A DNA stretch of 64,000 nucleotides from Cercozoa sp. M6MM (GCA_040357565.1 JBDODJ010000001.1), one strand, 5' to 3'. Shown: positions 1 through 13,083, numbered from the stretch's first letter. Made by a program: numbers and translations. Notes: generated from the letters alone by a model not told the origin.

Positions 1-2627
1 AGCAGCCAGACGCGACACGCGGCACACGGCCTCAACGTCGTCAGCGTTGACCTGTGTCCGGGGGGTAAGGGGGTAAAGGACGGGGGTATGAAAGGGTAAG
101 AGGGTAAGGAAGGGTGTAAATGGGACAACGTTACGTGGAAGATGGGCGCATCGATGGCGCGCGCCAGGTCGGTGCAGTACTTGGTGCTGCGCGACTTGTG
201 CGGATCCGTCGTGAAACCGACCTGTGGGGGGGGGGGGGGGGGGTAATGGCTAAAGAGTAGAACGGTGCAGGGTAAAGGTACCTGGTTGTTGACGACAACG
301 TGCACAGTGCCACCAGTGCGGTAGTCGGGAAGGTTGCACATGGCCATACTCTCGTACACCACGCCCTGGCCCGAGAAGGCCGCGTCGCCGTGGATCAGCA
401 ACGACATCGTCTTCTCACCTGCAGGGGGGGGGGTAAGATAGGATAGGGGGTAAGAGCGAAGAGGGGGTGTACGCTCGTGGTCGCCCTGGAAGTGTTGCCG
501 GGCGCGTGCCTTGCCCAGCACGACCGGGTCGACAGCCTCGAGGTGCGACGGGTTCGGCACCAGCGACACGTGCACGTTGGCACCCGTGTGCACCGGCCGG
601 TCCACGCTGGCGCCCAGATGGTACCTGGGGGAGGGGGGGTAAGTGGGGTATATGGGGGGGGTAAGAAAGCGTACTTGACGTCGCCGCTGCCCTCGGGAAG
701 CTCCGTGTCGGTCGGGTCAAAGCCCTGGAACTCGCAGAAGATCTGCTCCAGCGGCTTGCGCAGCACGGCCTGCAGCACGTTCAGGCGGCCACTACGGGAG
801 GGGGTAAAAGGGGTTTAAGGGGGGGTAAGCCAAGATAGCCTACCGATGCGGCATGCCGATCACGATGCCCTCGACGCCCAGCTCGGACGATCGGTCCACG
901 AGCTCCTTGAGCGCCGGGATCATCACTGTTGGGGAGGGGATAAGGGGTGGAAGGGGTAAAGGGGTAAAGGGGGAAGCAAAGTCTACCCTCGCAGCCGTCG
1001 AGACCGAAGCGTTTCTGCGCCGTCCACTTCTTCTGCAGGAAGGCCTCGAAGTTGTTCGACCAGGTCAGTCGGTCAAACATGCGCTTCTTCTCCTCCGCGC
1101 TGAAGACTGCACAGACACCGATTTATACATACAGTCCACATATACACGAGATATATTACACAGGCTATACAGATATTATATATATACACGCATATAATAT
1201 AGTCCAACTGAACACGAGGTAGGGGTGTACCGTAGGCGGACTCCTTCTCGATGTTGTCACGAATCCAGTTGCACTCGTTCGGGTTGCTGATGTGCATGTA
1301 CTCGTAGCCAATGCTGCCGCAGTAGGTCTCGCGCACGACCTCCAGGATCTCGCTGTGCACGCACACATACTCTCATGTGCACCTCCCGTACCCTAACTTC
1401 CTAACTGCCCTACCGAAGAGTGGCGTGTGAACGGCCGGCAAAGGCCTTGCCCATGAAACCGCTCTGCTGCTTGGACATGCCTGCACACAACGTGTCCTTA
1501 ATGTACACACTGACCAACACCCCTATAATAAAAAGGAACTCGCAAGTACCAAGCGGGAACTGGCGGTCCAGGTCGGCCTCGGTGAAACCGTTGCCTTCGA
1601 GCGTCAGAGACACCGGCGCGTCACCCTGGGGACACGGGAGAGGTAAGGGGGCAATAAAGGTAAGGAGGGAGGGTAAAGGGGCTACCTCGTGGTTGGCGAG
1701 ACCCAGCGGGTCCAGGGACGCCAGGTAATGACCGCGCACCTGTCCAAAGCAAAGAAGTTTATCAGGTCGACAAGGGGTAAGGGTAACAGGGGGTAAGGGA
1801 GAAATAGTTAACAGGGGAGAAAGGGAAACCGGCAAAGGAGGGTGTGACAGGGGTAAGGGTCAAAAGCACCTGGTAGTTGCGAATGAGCTGGTAGAGGTTC
1901 ACGACGTCACGCATCTGCTGCGGCGATGCGGCACCCGCGGCAGCTACATGGAGATTGAGGGGGTAACAGGAGGGGTAATTAAAGGAGTAGGGTGTAAACG
2001 CAAGCAGTACCCCCAGCACCCAGCTGCGTCGGTTCGGCAGCCGGAGCAATGGTCGGAGGCGCCTGGTACTCGCCCTGCTCATACATGCATTATGAGAAAT
2101 ATAAAGTCAAAAAAAAAGGTAATGACTACCGTGCGGAACAGGGCATCCCACGACGCGTGCACTGACGACGGGTCCTCATTCCAGCGACGGTACATCTCCT
2201 CAGCATAGGCGCTGCGCCCGACACACACAACACGTCAGAAAGATCGGAATGTGTGATGGCGGAATGTGTGATGGGGAAGGAAACTACTCTCCTCGAAAAA
2301 CACACAAAACACAGCATAGCCTTTTCTGAGGGCACCCGCTTGCGCGTAAGTGCGCGAAAAACACAACAAAGACGCAAAATGCGCCAAAAAGATCACAAGA
2401 GCACAATCACGGCAAAGACGTGATCTGCGGGATGATTTGCGAAACGATATTGTGGAAAAACAAATTTAATTACTCATCACAGTGCAGTGCTTCATTCCCT
2501 GCACACCGGACCAACAACGAAGCCCAGAGAGAACGCACCCATTGCTGCCAGCCAGGAATGACGACGATGCACCCGAGCTCAAACGAAACGCCTGGGGCGC
2601 ACGTTTTAACGCGCTGCGAGACAACAT
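1..2627 (-). CDS. OGDH: 2-oxoglutarate dehydrogenase E1, mitochondrial (multi-exon; 3' part runs off the window start)
   Basis: Spliced exons give [18 protein letters not shown] (transit-like), [78 protein letters not shown] and [15 protein letters not shown] (ThDP-binding). Confidence 0.95.
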
Positions 2628-3273
2628 GGTTGGGGATTAGACGTTGTCAAGAAGCGTCTGCAATCGGCCTACGTCACTTGATCGGGACAAACCGCCACCC
2701 GTTTGGGCAAATTCATTAAATAAATTCAGCGCTGTAGCCACGTGGCCTAAGACGATGTCCTTTGTGGCGCGCCCGCTTGCTGGCGTGTGCTGATCAGTTT
2801 TAAACTCGAGCTGTATGTCGGCTGGCATCGGACAGGTACCGCCTGCCATTTGACTGATTGATCCGTCCGCTCATGATGTTTGCCATTCTGACAGGTCTTG
2901 AAGGCAGCGCACGCGCTGTCGCGTCTGTCGAACGGCGTCAGTGCGTCCGATGTGACGAAACCTGAGGGTAGCATTGTCGTATTATGTGTCGGTTTTGCGA
3001 TGGTTACTGTCTGACTTGTGCAAAAGTAGTTGCGGAACTGCGCGAGCGCTCGCTGCGTTGTTTCGACCGACTGGCGACGCTGCTTCGTTTTGCTGACACT
3101 GAGCGAGTTGCCCCGGCCTCGTTGTCGCGCCAGCACCGCTGGGACCGCGCACAACACGTCTCGTCCAGCTGTCTCGATCGGTATTTTTAGTTGTGTATTT
3201 TGTGTTACTTTGACTGTGCTTTTGCTTTTGGCCTGTAGAGTGGAATCGTTGATCCACAAGGCGCAGAACACGC

Positions 3274-5365
3274 ATGAAACGGCGAGCACCGGTAGCACTC
3301 GACGTAAGAAGCAGTTCGGTGACTCACGCGCCTTCCTGCGTCAGGAACTGCGATCAGAGGTTTTACTTTCTTCTTTTTTGCTGTGGCGTGGCTTCTCTCG
3401 GTTTTTATCCGACACTTTGCAGAAACCGCAAGATCGCTTCTTTAAGAAAGTGGACAACTCACGGCAGTTCCAGTAGCTTTTATGTTTTTCTTGCTTGGAG
3501 TTTCTTTTTTTATTTTTCGAAACGTTCACAGGGTCAAGAAAAACCCGCTCAAGAAGGAGCTTGAGCAGTTGGTATCGTCCAAAATTGTGTTCTGTGGTGT
3601 TTGGTCGGCTTTACGCGTTGATTTGGCGCAGAAGAAGTCAGTGCCGACCCATCATTTGGCAAGTGTCCGCGCGGAAGTTCCGCTTGCGCTGAACAAGAGG
3701 TCAGTGGTGTGGATCGACACGGTCGATGAGTGGGAGACACATGTGCTACCTGCGATGGAACGTGCCAAGACACTGGCTCTGACGGTGCAGGAGCACGTGG
3801 TTCACAGCTACCGTGGCTACGCCGCAGTGATGTGTCTGTCGGTGAGTGACGGTTCCACCACCAGTGACGGTTCGGATGATACTGATGCGGACGTGGACTT
3901 GCTCATCGACTTGTGTGCGCCCGAGGTGCGGCGGTGCGTGTCGCAGCTGCGTCGTGTGCTGGCCGACCCAGCCGTGCAGAAGGTCATGTGCAACGCCACA
4001 CCGCAACTTCTGGCGCTGCAGCGGTACCTACGGATCCCACTGGTTCCTATTGATGCCATTGATCCCTATTGATCCTGCTGAGTGAGCGAGTGAGTGAGTG
4101 ACTCTGAGCAGTGACTTTGGCCTCTTTGCGGCCGGCGTGTTCGACGTGGCCGATGCACACCGCGTGCTGAGCGACAAGGACGCCGCTGAGACGGTGCGAC
4201 CGACGGCGCTGCTGAGTGAGTTCCTGGGCCAACAGGAGACGCGCGAGTGGCGCCGCGCACTCCTGGGTACTACCTCCTCGCCCTCCTCTTCCCCCTTACC
4301 TCTTACCCCTTACCCTTTAACCCTTGCCTTTTACCCCTTATCGTTTAACTCTTACCCATTACCCTTACCCCTTCCGTACCCTTTAACTTTTACCCATTAC
4401 CTCTTACCTCTTACTCTCGACCCCTCATACCTCAGGCGACCCGGCCCGTCGTCCACTGTCGGTGGCGCAGGTGCACGCCTTGCGCGGCTGCACGAGGTAC
4501 CTGCACTACGTGCGCGCGCGTCAGGTCAACGCTCTGAACCGTCGCGATCGCGTGCTGGGTTTTGGTACCACGTCTACCCAGCCAACCTCCCCCTCCTTGT
4601 GTGTGTACCAAAACCTATCGTGCGTGTATGATTTGTAGAGAGTGGCACGAGTGGTACACGTGTCGTGCACCTCGGCATCGAGCGGTGCCTCGAAGTTTAC
4701 CGACCGGTTGGAGTGAAACGAACGCACTCGAAACTCGTGCTCGGCGTGGACACTCCGGGTGCTCAGGTGGCCTATCTTTGGCGAGACGATATTGCGCGTA
4801 CTCTCGACGAGGTACCCTCATGTCTTTGGGCGAACGGAGGTAAAGGGGGGTTAAATGTCGGGTGCACGTAGAGCGTCGACGCAGTGCTGCCAGTGCCGAC
4901 GTTGCTGTCGCTGTGTCGCTTCCTGCAACAGCACGCGAGTCAGCACAGTGACAGTTTCGATTCGCTCGAGTGCGACCTTTTGTTTGACTCCATCCAGTGG
5001 CCTAGGTACCTGTCTTTCCCCACCCCTTTACCTTCCTCTAACTCCTACCCCCTTCCCCGCAGTTGCATTACGAAAGAGCACGTATCATCGTTAGTGACCC
5101 TTTTGCAAACTGACAACGATGCCGATATTGCCGATTTGGAGTGCGAGGTATTATCACTTGTGTTTGCCCTATGTAGCCTTCTTGTTACCTCTATGGCAGG
5201 GCACGACGCCCTCACCGGTGACGTTGTTGTCGCGCACAGTGCCGCCATCGTGCGCCTTGCCGAGTGGCGACTCCGAGGATGCCGACGCTGGCGACGCAAT
5301 GTCGCTCTGCGTGTCGCCTCTGCTGCGTGCTGCCAGTGCGCGCGATAACTCTGGTGCGCTCGTTC

Positions 5366-5406
<41 letters not shown>

Positions 5407-6244
5407 ACACACACACACACACGCACGCACGCACGCACGTACGCGCATACTTACCACCCCAATACCCTTCGCAGAAGAGGAGTACACGAGGAGAATGACG
5501 CCGAGAGGAGCTGCGACGGCCACAGTGCGGCGCATCATGGCCACCATGGCCGAACAGCTTGTAGCCTGTCTTTGTCCCTGTCTTGACCCCATTCCCCTCT
5601 TCACCCTCCCCTCGAGTAGGGTAGCATGTGGACGCCGCTGGAGGTGCAGTTGCCGGTGGTTAGTGAGGCTGGCAAAGCCACCGAAGTTAGCAGTACCAGC
5701 AAGGACAGCGAAGACAAGGCCAAGGGAAAGAGCAAGGACAGGGATATCGTGGCCTCCACCGACGACGTGTCCGACGTAAAGACCACACTGCATGGCGCTG
5801 TGACGGCCACCTCCACTACCGCTTTGGACCAAGTACTGCCACAGGCACTGGTACTACCCCCATGTTGTCTCCATACCTATGGTTACCCCCCCCCCCGTAC
5901 TCCCAGAGCGACGTCTACGGCAGCGCCAACGCACAACGTCGCCGCCGACGACAGACCAAACGACGACGTGCTGCACGTGCTCTTGCTCAAGAGGTACACA
6001 GACCCTTCCTATCTTTTGTACTTAGCTTATTGTGCCCCTATAGGAGGAACAGTCGCGTCAGAAGCGCCGTCGTGCCACTCACGCCAACGCACAGGGCGAC
6101 GCTGCTGCCTACATGCGGTACACCCATCCTTTACCTCTCGCTGTCTTGAGTGTCACTTAGCATATGCGACCTTGATGCAGTGACATGGGACTCGCCTCGA
6201 GCAACCCCCCCAAGCAAGGCGGCAAGAACATGAAACGTCGCTAA
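3274..6244 (+). CDS. RRP6/EXOSC10-like 3'-5' exonuclease-fold + HRDC protein, apparently catalytically dead
   Basis: KPQDRFFKKVDNS, VWIDT, HSYRG, LRRVLADPAVQKV, RRPLSVAQ...TRYLHY and HRDC-like YLWRDDIARTLDE match remembered RRP6 motifs. Start and end inferred by splicing. Confidence 0.8.
5366..5440. repeat. (CA)n microsatellite, probably intronic
   Basis: Seen directly. Confidence 0.9.
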
Positions 6245-6638
6245 ACGAACTTTCGACTTGCGTTACGTTATAGTAGCGTAGTACCGTATCACGTCAGTCG
6301 AGTGTATAGGTATAGGAGTATGCGATGTATCGTAATTCGCGTGAATTCAAATTATTTTGAACGGGTCGGCGGTTGAAGTCGCGTTCGGTTCCGCGCAAGC
6401 CTTTCGTTTTGATTGTGACACGAGAACAGAGGGTTGTAATTTCGCCGTAACTACTTGTACTGAGAGTTTTCGATACCCGGCCAGTGACGAGAGTCTTCTG
6501 ACTCAAAATTTCCGCTCCGCGCGGTCCGGTCTGGGCCGGGGAACCGACCCAGATGTCGATTTCGTTTCGCTTGGATTAACGCGAGAATGGCCCGAGGGTT
6601 GCACAGCTTGACGCAGTAGCACCAACCAACTGACTCTC

Positions 6639-9624
6639 ATGCACACGCTGATATATATCTTGCTACACGTCGTCGTGGTATGTCTGCAAGCCCGCGCTGC
6701 AGAAAACTCAACGGTAGATTTCGTACTCCGTATGCATGGCATTGTTTGTGTATATGTGCAGTGTAAGTTTAGTTTTACATCGGCCTGTTTTATCATAACC
6801 GAACCGAACACTACCGCCGCGCCATCGAAGCTTCCGTTTCTTATTTGAAGGATCTGCTACCATCTGAAGTGAGTGTCGTTCTCGTGGATTACGCTGATAC
6901 GGACGTACCAAAACACTTTTACCAGCAGGTAAATTTCACCTCCCCCAGTTCGTCTCGTTTGTGGAGCGGTAGTTTTTGCGAAACAACGGATTTGCTTTGT
7001 AGGTCGCACTGCAAGCTTTAGAAGCAAACGGAGTGGATCTCCCTCCATACGTTTCGTCTCTGCTTCCATTGACTTCAGGTGACTTGCTCTCCCTGAAATC
7101 AGAAACGACTGGCAGCAACGCTAGTCACGTGGGCGTCTGTGCTTGGGCATCCAATGTCCGCCCCGTGTATTGCGTTGGCCACGGCCATGTCACCGTTTAA
7201 CACGCCTATTATCTCTTCAACAGCTACATCAAATCAACTCGACAGATTCCCAAACTTCTTTAGGGTAACCGAACTCTGTTGAGCAGCTGGAAGATCCCTA
7301 AATTGACAACTTCGCGCCGCTGAGCAGGTTATCAACTCAAACCGAAACCAGGCTTACACCCTCTTGTCGTTCATGACAAACCCTCTTCTGGCATGGCATT
7401 CAATGGTTCTAATCGTGCAGGACACTGCGTATTCAACAGATCTGGCAGGTGTGGTTGTCAATGAAGCGAAACGTAGGCGCGTGGACATCGCATTCAAGTT
7501 CTCACTTTCGTTTTCTCCGACAGAAGAAGATATCAGACGGGCACTCACTACGTCTAAACGAGAAGAAATATACGTTCACGTGGTTTTGGGGCAGAATGTT
7601 TTCATTGCGCGCGTTCTAGCCACGGCAGAAGAGCTGCAAATGCTTCGACCACCGTATTCATTCATAGCCAGTGATGCAGCTGTAAGCTCGGTCGTAGCCG
7701 ACACGTTTCTTCACCTTCGCTCTACTGCTGAAGACTTTGCCGGTGCCCAAGCTGAACTGAAAAAGCTGGTAACTGCACTAAGTTCTGTTGTTCAGTTCCT
7801 TTCAAGGTTCAAACAGTTCATCACTCGTCATCATGTTTGATCGCAGGATGGCCTCTTTGTGTTGACCTCCGCGATCGAGCAGACAAAAACGGATTGGTTT
7901 TGCCGTGAAGTTTACATGCCATTGGCACCTCCAGGGGACTTCTGTGGGACTTTGGACGTGCTCGCAGGGGATTCGACAAAAATTCTGTTCAGCGCTCTAA
8001 AATTACTCATATCACTTCAGACAGAGTGTTCCGAGAACCAAAACGCGAGCAATGACTGTGACGCGTTCATCGGCGAAGCGTCTCTCCTGAAAGAAAGAGA
8101 ACTTTTGACCAAACTGCTGTCCAACACCTCGGTTGACAGCTTTTCTGGACGAATAACGCTCGACGACACAGGCACAAGCGTCACCGGGTGGTTTGAGTTC
8201 TTTCTTCTGTTCTATGCGCGTGTGAGCTGGGGATGGTTGTTCGCCCGGCGCGGTTATTTTTTTACTTACTGGTAAAGTTTAGGGGAGTTTCAGTCAAACG
8301 GGATTCACTCTACAACGAGTGGACAACAGTTGGCCGAATGACTCAAAACGGGTACCGTGCCACAGAGTTTAAGGGTGGTTATTTACTCTCGGCATTCGCT
8401 CTGGGTAATTGTAGCACGTTTTCATGGTTCGTGCAGCCGAATGACTTCATATGGCTTGGTTCCACTAATCGCAGCGGTTCAGCGCCTCCACCTGCGGGTA
8501 CTTCACACCAGTGCACGTCAAATGCATCATGATGGGCAATTTGCCAATTTAGCCACACCACAGTTCTACATGGCTCTGTTCGCCTCTGGCTCGGAGATAG
8601 TGACAAAAGAGTTGGTGAAGGTGCACGCAGGAGCTATAGTGGAAGACATCAACAATGGGTTGGTACGTCAACCAGGGACACAGTAGGATCATCAGGGATA
8701 TTGGGAGTGAAATTACCAATGTTTGGCACTGCAGGTTCCTCTCGAATATTCACTGTCCGGTCTCCAGGTAAATTTTCTGTACGGATTTCATTGGGTTGTT
8801 GTGTAAACTTGTTAGTCTGAGTTCACGAATACCTGTTGCCAGGAGTTGGATGAAGAGGCTAAAGAACACCCTCGTCAAGGCTTAGTTTCAGGGCGCGGAT
8901 ACAGGCTTCGGACGGAGTTTTACTATGCGGAGTCTGGTAACCCACCGACGAGGCTGTCTGCCGAACTGCGGAAATCTGAATATTTCGGGTGTTTCTGCAT
9001 AGTGCATGATGTGGTGTTCCAAGCGTTTGCTTCGGTTAACCTAGAATTCGATATTGACACCAGAATTGACTTGACTCCGGTGAGTTGTATCTGGCTAAGT
9101 AAATTTACCCGGGTAAAAACAGCTGAACTGTCACCTGGCCCTTGTGTTTTAAACTTACGTTGCAGATTGAAGCAGACATAGCAGTCGGTAAATTATCTAG
9201 TACAATAAGGCGTACGCAAACATTTCCACAATCGATTAAAGGTTGGTATATCATTGGGTAGGCGGTCTTCGGAGTGCACACTCCGAAAGAACAGCGTCAG
9301 TTTTAGGCAAATACCAGGGTAAGTTCAAGTAAAAATTTAGAAGTTGGATCTGTACCGTCGTACTAGAGCACGGGTGCGTGTGTAGTTGCGCTCATCAGCC
9401 CTGTGTCTACCTCAACAACGCTGAGCGACCGAAAATCCTTTCCAACGTTTAGGTCACTTCATTTTCGATTGTTGCGGAAAAACTGAACTTTTCCCTCGCA
9501 GACGTGTCGTGGGCAGTAACGCATGGCAAACAAAAACCTTCGTTCAAACAATGCGCATCTTTGAGTGGAGTGAAATCATTGTAAAACTGCATTATACATT
9601 TTAGGGGCATAACAGTCCTGTGAA

Positions 9625-9689
<65 letters not shown>

Positions 9690-12600
9690 GTGGTTCGAGA
9701 CATCGAGCCTTACTCTTCAAATATCTTCAACTTGTTTCGGGAGACAGTTGCGTCGACAGAAGACTTCAAACCTCGCATCATCGCAGACTACCTCTATGAG
9801 GCAGGTAAATTTGCTACAAACGTAAAAAATGTGAGTCGTGTATCTGTCACGGAAAGTGATATGTTGAAAATTGAAGCGCACGTGGACTGGTCTTTCATTA
9901 TCGACTCAATTAAGAGAACACCTGGGGTCATTATAATGTATTTGGGTTGGACGGTTGATTTCATCAAGTTTGCCGAAGCACTTCGCCAGAACGACATGCT
10001 GCGAGCACCCTATGTCCTGCTACTGAGCGATTCTGCGGCGCAGTTTCAGTGGTGTGTTTCAAGTATAGCATTTAACCGTGCCAGTGTCTCATCAGAGTGG
10101 GGTTGTAGGTTCTTATCCGAGATTCCACTCGATTTCGAAGGAATTTTTGCCAGTAAATCAAAACCATTTTTTGATTTCTGCATGCCTAGCACTGTGCATG
10201 TAGTTAGATACTACACCTTTAACGCCCCGCATGCTTGAGGTGATGCGACGGCATTGCCCTGAATTCCTCGGCTTACCTGCCAACCACACCTTCTCGAATG
10301 AAGAGGTTTTGAGTCAGTGTAAATTTAGGTTTTTTAGGTTGTACCATGCATTAAAAAAGCCGATGGTACAGTATCCTGTAGGTGAGCTGCATCGTGAACC
10401 TTGGGCGATGTTACTCATCGACAGCATACACACAGCCGCAGTTGCACTGGACCGACTCGGATACGTAGAGCAAAGATGCACCGCGTTGCGAAATAGCGGC
10501 CCGGAGTACCACTTGCGCGCCGTTGAATCGATGGTATCATCGTTATAGAAAAACATATCTTGAGATCTGCCCTGTTGGTCAGCAGTCATTGAACGAGACG
10601 GCAGACTGCGCGGAGCTGCACGCAGCGTTGGACGAAGAGATACGCAGTCGAAAAGCTGGCGTTCTTCAGCGAAAACGACGCGAGTTGTTGACTCGTTAGA
10701 TACCATCAGTAAGTTTGTTGAATGGGTCGACTGGGCGCATCGAATTCGATTCGCGCGGAGAGCGAAGGCAAGGTAAACGACTTGAATTCAGCCTGTGAGC
10801 TTTGGCTTTGGTAATACGGTATCAGTATCTGCATATGTGCAGGAGGCTTCGGTCTGTAAGACATCTTTGGATCTGGCAGACTGAAACATGACTGGATTGA
10901 TGCACTTGTCTGCCGGTGGATGTTTACACTTTACAGTATGAACTTGATGGAACATGGTGGAAAGGTCAAAGTCATGAGCGTCGCTTCTTCCGGTGATGCA
11001 ACGCTCAGGTGGTAAAAGAGTCTTTCATGTTCATGAACATCAGACGGAATTAAACAACCCGAGAGACTCAGTTTCGTTCTGCAGGACCATCGATCCCAAA
11101 GAACTCAGGTGGCCTCTTGGCTTCAACTCAGATAACATGATAATCGCACATGCCGGTGAGTTTGCGACACCTCTCGGTGTCCCGGAGAAGCGCCTGCTAC
11201 TGGACACCGTATCGCTGGTAAAATTTACAGTAGGATTGATAAATTCTATCTACCGACGCTTACCTGTCAACACATGCACAGGCCTTGTTCATTGGGTGTG
11301 TCTCTCTGTGCGTTGGCGCGGCGGCCGTGGGCGTCTGTTTTGGCTTCTTTAACCACATTCACAGGTAGTCTCCCTTTTCAACCCAAGTTGACCGTTCGCG
11401 TATACGGCAGGGTCCCCGGCTGGATACTGGCAGACATGAAAGGATAATCTCGCTCTCGTCGCCGCAAGTAAACAACGTCGCGCTGGCAGGGTATCACTGC
11501 TTCAAACCGTCGAACGAGTTATATTCTCTTCGCGTATCAGCATCATCTGTTCAATTCTCTGCCTTCCACTTTGGGGAGTTGACGAAGCTTTCGTTTCAAG
11601 GGCCAACATGAAGTATCTGGTAACTCCTGTCCAAGCACGTGTGATTTATGACTCAAACCCATCAAGTTAACCTTCAGTCCCTGTGTATTCACTAAAGTGC
11701 TCGGCACGTATTTGGTGTCAATCCCTCAGCACATCGATTCTGTTCGCAGCTTTGGGCATAAAGCTGGTTAGAGTGTGGCAAATCTATCGCTACGCGGACA
11801 GACTCCAAATAGTTCGCTTCACTCTCTGCCATGTTCTGTGTATTGTCGGCGCTGCTGTTGGCGTGCAAGCTGCGCTGCTTACAGGTACGAATGCAAATCT
11901 GGGTCGAGCACTTAGCCTGTACGAGCTGCTTATGAGCAGCTTGGCAAATTATGGCATCTCTTGACTACCAATACATTGAACTGGATTCTCACATTGATAC
12001 GGCGACTCCAGGTACCTGTATAATTGCGAATGTACCTTTCTCCGTTTCACTTGTATTTATAAAAATTGGAAGTTTAAAAGTGGAACTTAAATTTTACTCC
12101 GCATCCACTTGGCAGGCATCGTGTACCTACGGGTGGCGGGTGTCTGCCGCACACCAAGCGACGCAAGCAAGGAGATGCTGTGGGTTGTGTTCGCTTACTT
12201 GGGATCGCTTGTCCTTATGAGTGCGGTCTTTGCCTACAAGACGCGCAATGTCGAGATGTACAGCATTCTTAAGTTCAGTTCCTCTTCTTCCTCGCTCTTG
12301 TAGAGCGTAAGTGTCCAGAGAGGAACTGAATGATTCAAGAGTCGTGGGTTTTGCGAGCTACGCCACACTGTTCCTGCCCATAATGATCCTAAGCCAACTC
12401 ATGTACCCGGCTCCTTTTCAACCGAAGGCGCTTTCAAAAGAATGCTTTTCCGATAAATTTAGGCTCGAAGAGAGTGTCAACTTGCAGTTTGTTGTGACAA
12501 TAACCACTGGCGTCATTATTTTAGGCGGCATAATGCTTGTTATTTTCGTTCCAAAAGTGCTCAGTGTGCGACGCGACGTGGCGGCCTCGCAGTCGCTCGG

Positions 12601-12729
12601 AAGGAGGTACTGTATCACAGTGTCTTTAGATGAGTTAAGGCCAAATGCAGGGGGATAAAGAGGGAGAGGGTAAAGGGGGAGAGGGTAAAGGGGAAGCGGG
12701 TAAAGGGGAGGGGTAACGGGGAAGGGTAA
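6639..12729 (+). CDS. Class C (GABA-B-like) GPCR with signal peptide, two Venus-flytrap domains and a 7TM_3 domain
   Basis: Signal peptide MHTLIYILLHVVVVCLQARA. VFT motifs PIISSTATSNQLDRFPNFFR (~7205-7263) and ALISPVSTSTTLSDRKSFPTF (~9388-9450). 7TM motifs SSPQVNN, CSARIW...LFAALGIKLVRVWQIY, FAYKTRNV, LNDSRVVGFASY and IFVPKV. Confidence 0.85.
9627..9687. repeat. Intronic (TG)n microsatellite abutting a 3' splice site
   Basis: Seen directly. Confidence 0.95.
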
Positions 12730-13083
12730 AGGGGTAAAAGGGGTAAAGGGGCTAGGGTAAAAGGGGAGGGATAAGTCGCGCTTCTAATTTTCGCGGTTCA
12801 GGATTCGAAGACGGCATGCAATTGCGAAGATTGTGCCAGCTGCTTCTAATATTGATGCAGCGGATGACGAGCGGTCGTTTTAGCGGACGAGCGGTCGTTT
12901 TTAGTAGAAGCCGAGATTGAAAGAAACGGCTGACTTTACTTTTTGATCGCCTACTACCATCATGATCATTCGAGATCAAAAAATCAATGACGAGTTACCG
13001 CATATTTTTATCTTCAGACTTTGTCATTCGTTACTGTACTTGTATTATTGTTGTTCCCTGTCTCACAGCACAGCATAGTACTG

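Noticed and set aside
52-2000. GGGGTAA tracts as telomere or interstitial telomeric repeats
   Set aside because: The unit differs from TTAGGG/TTTAGGG, is degenerate and sits inside introns; cannot be fully excluded without knowing this organism's telomere.
2747-3298. 183-aa ORF and other long antisense or overlapping ORFs (e.g. 13722-14180 -, 21180-21929 +, 62632-63351 -)
   Set aside because: Shadow frames of GC-rich exons or promoter DNA with no recognisable motifs.
5119-5832. His-Thr or Cys-Val repeat proteins in the ORF track (also ~9630 and ~47800)
   Set aside because: Translations of (CA)n microsatellites that appear to be intronic.
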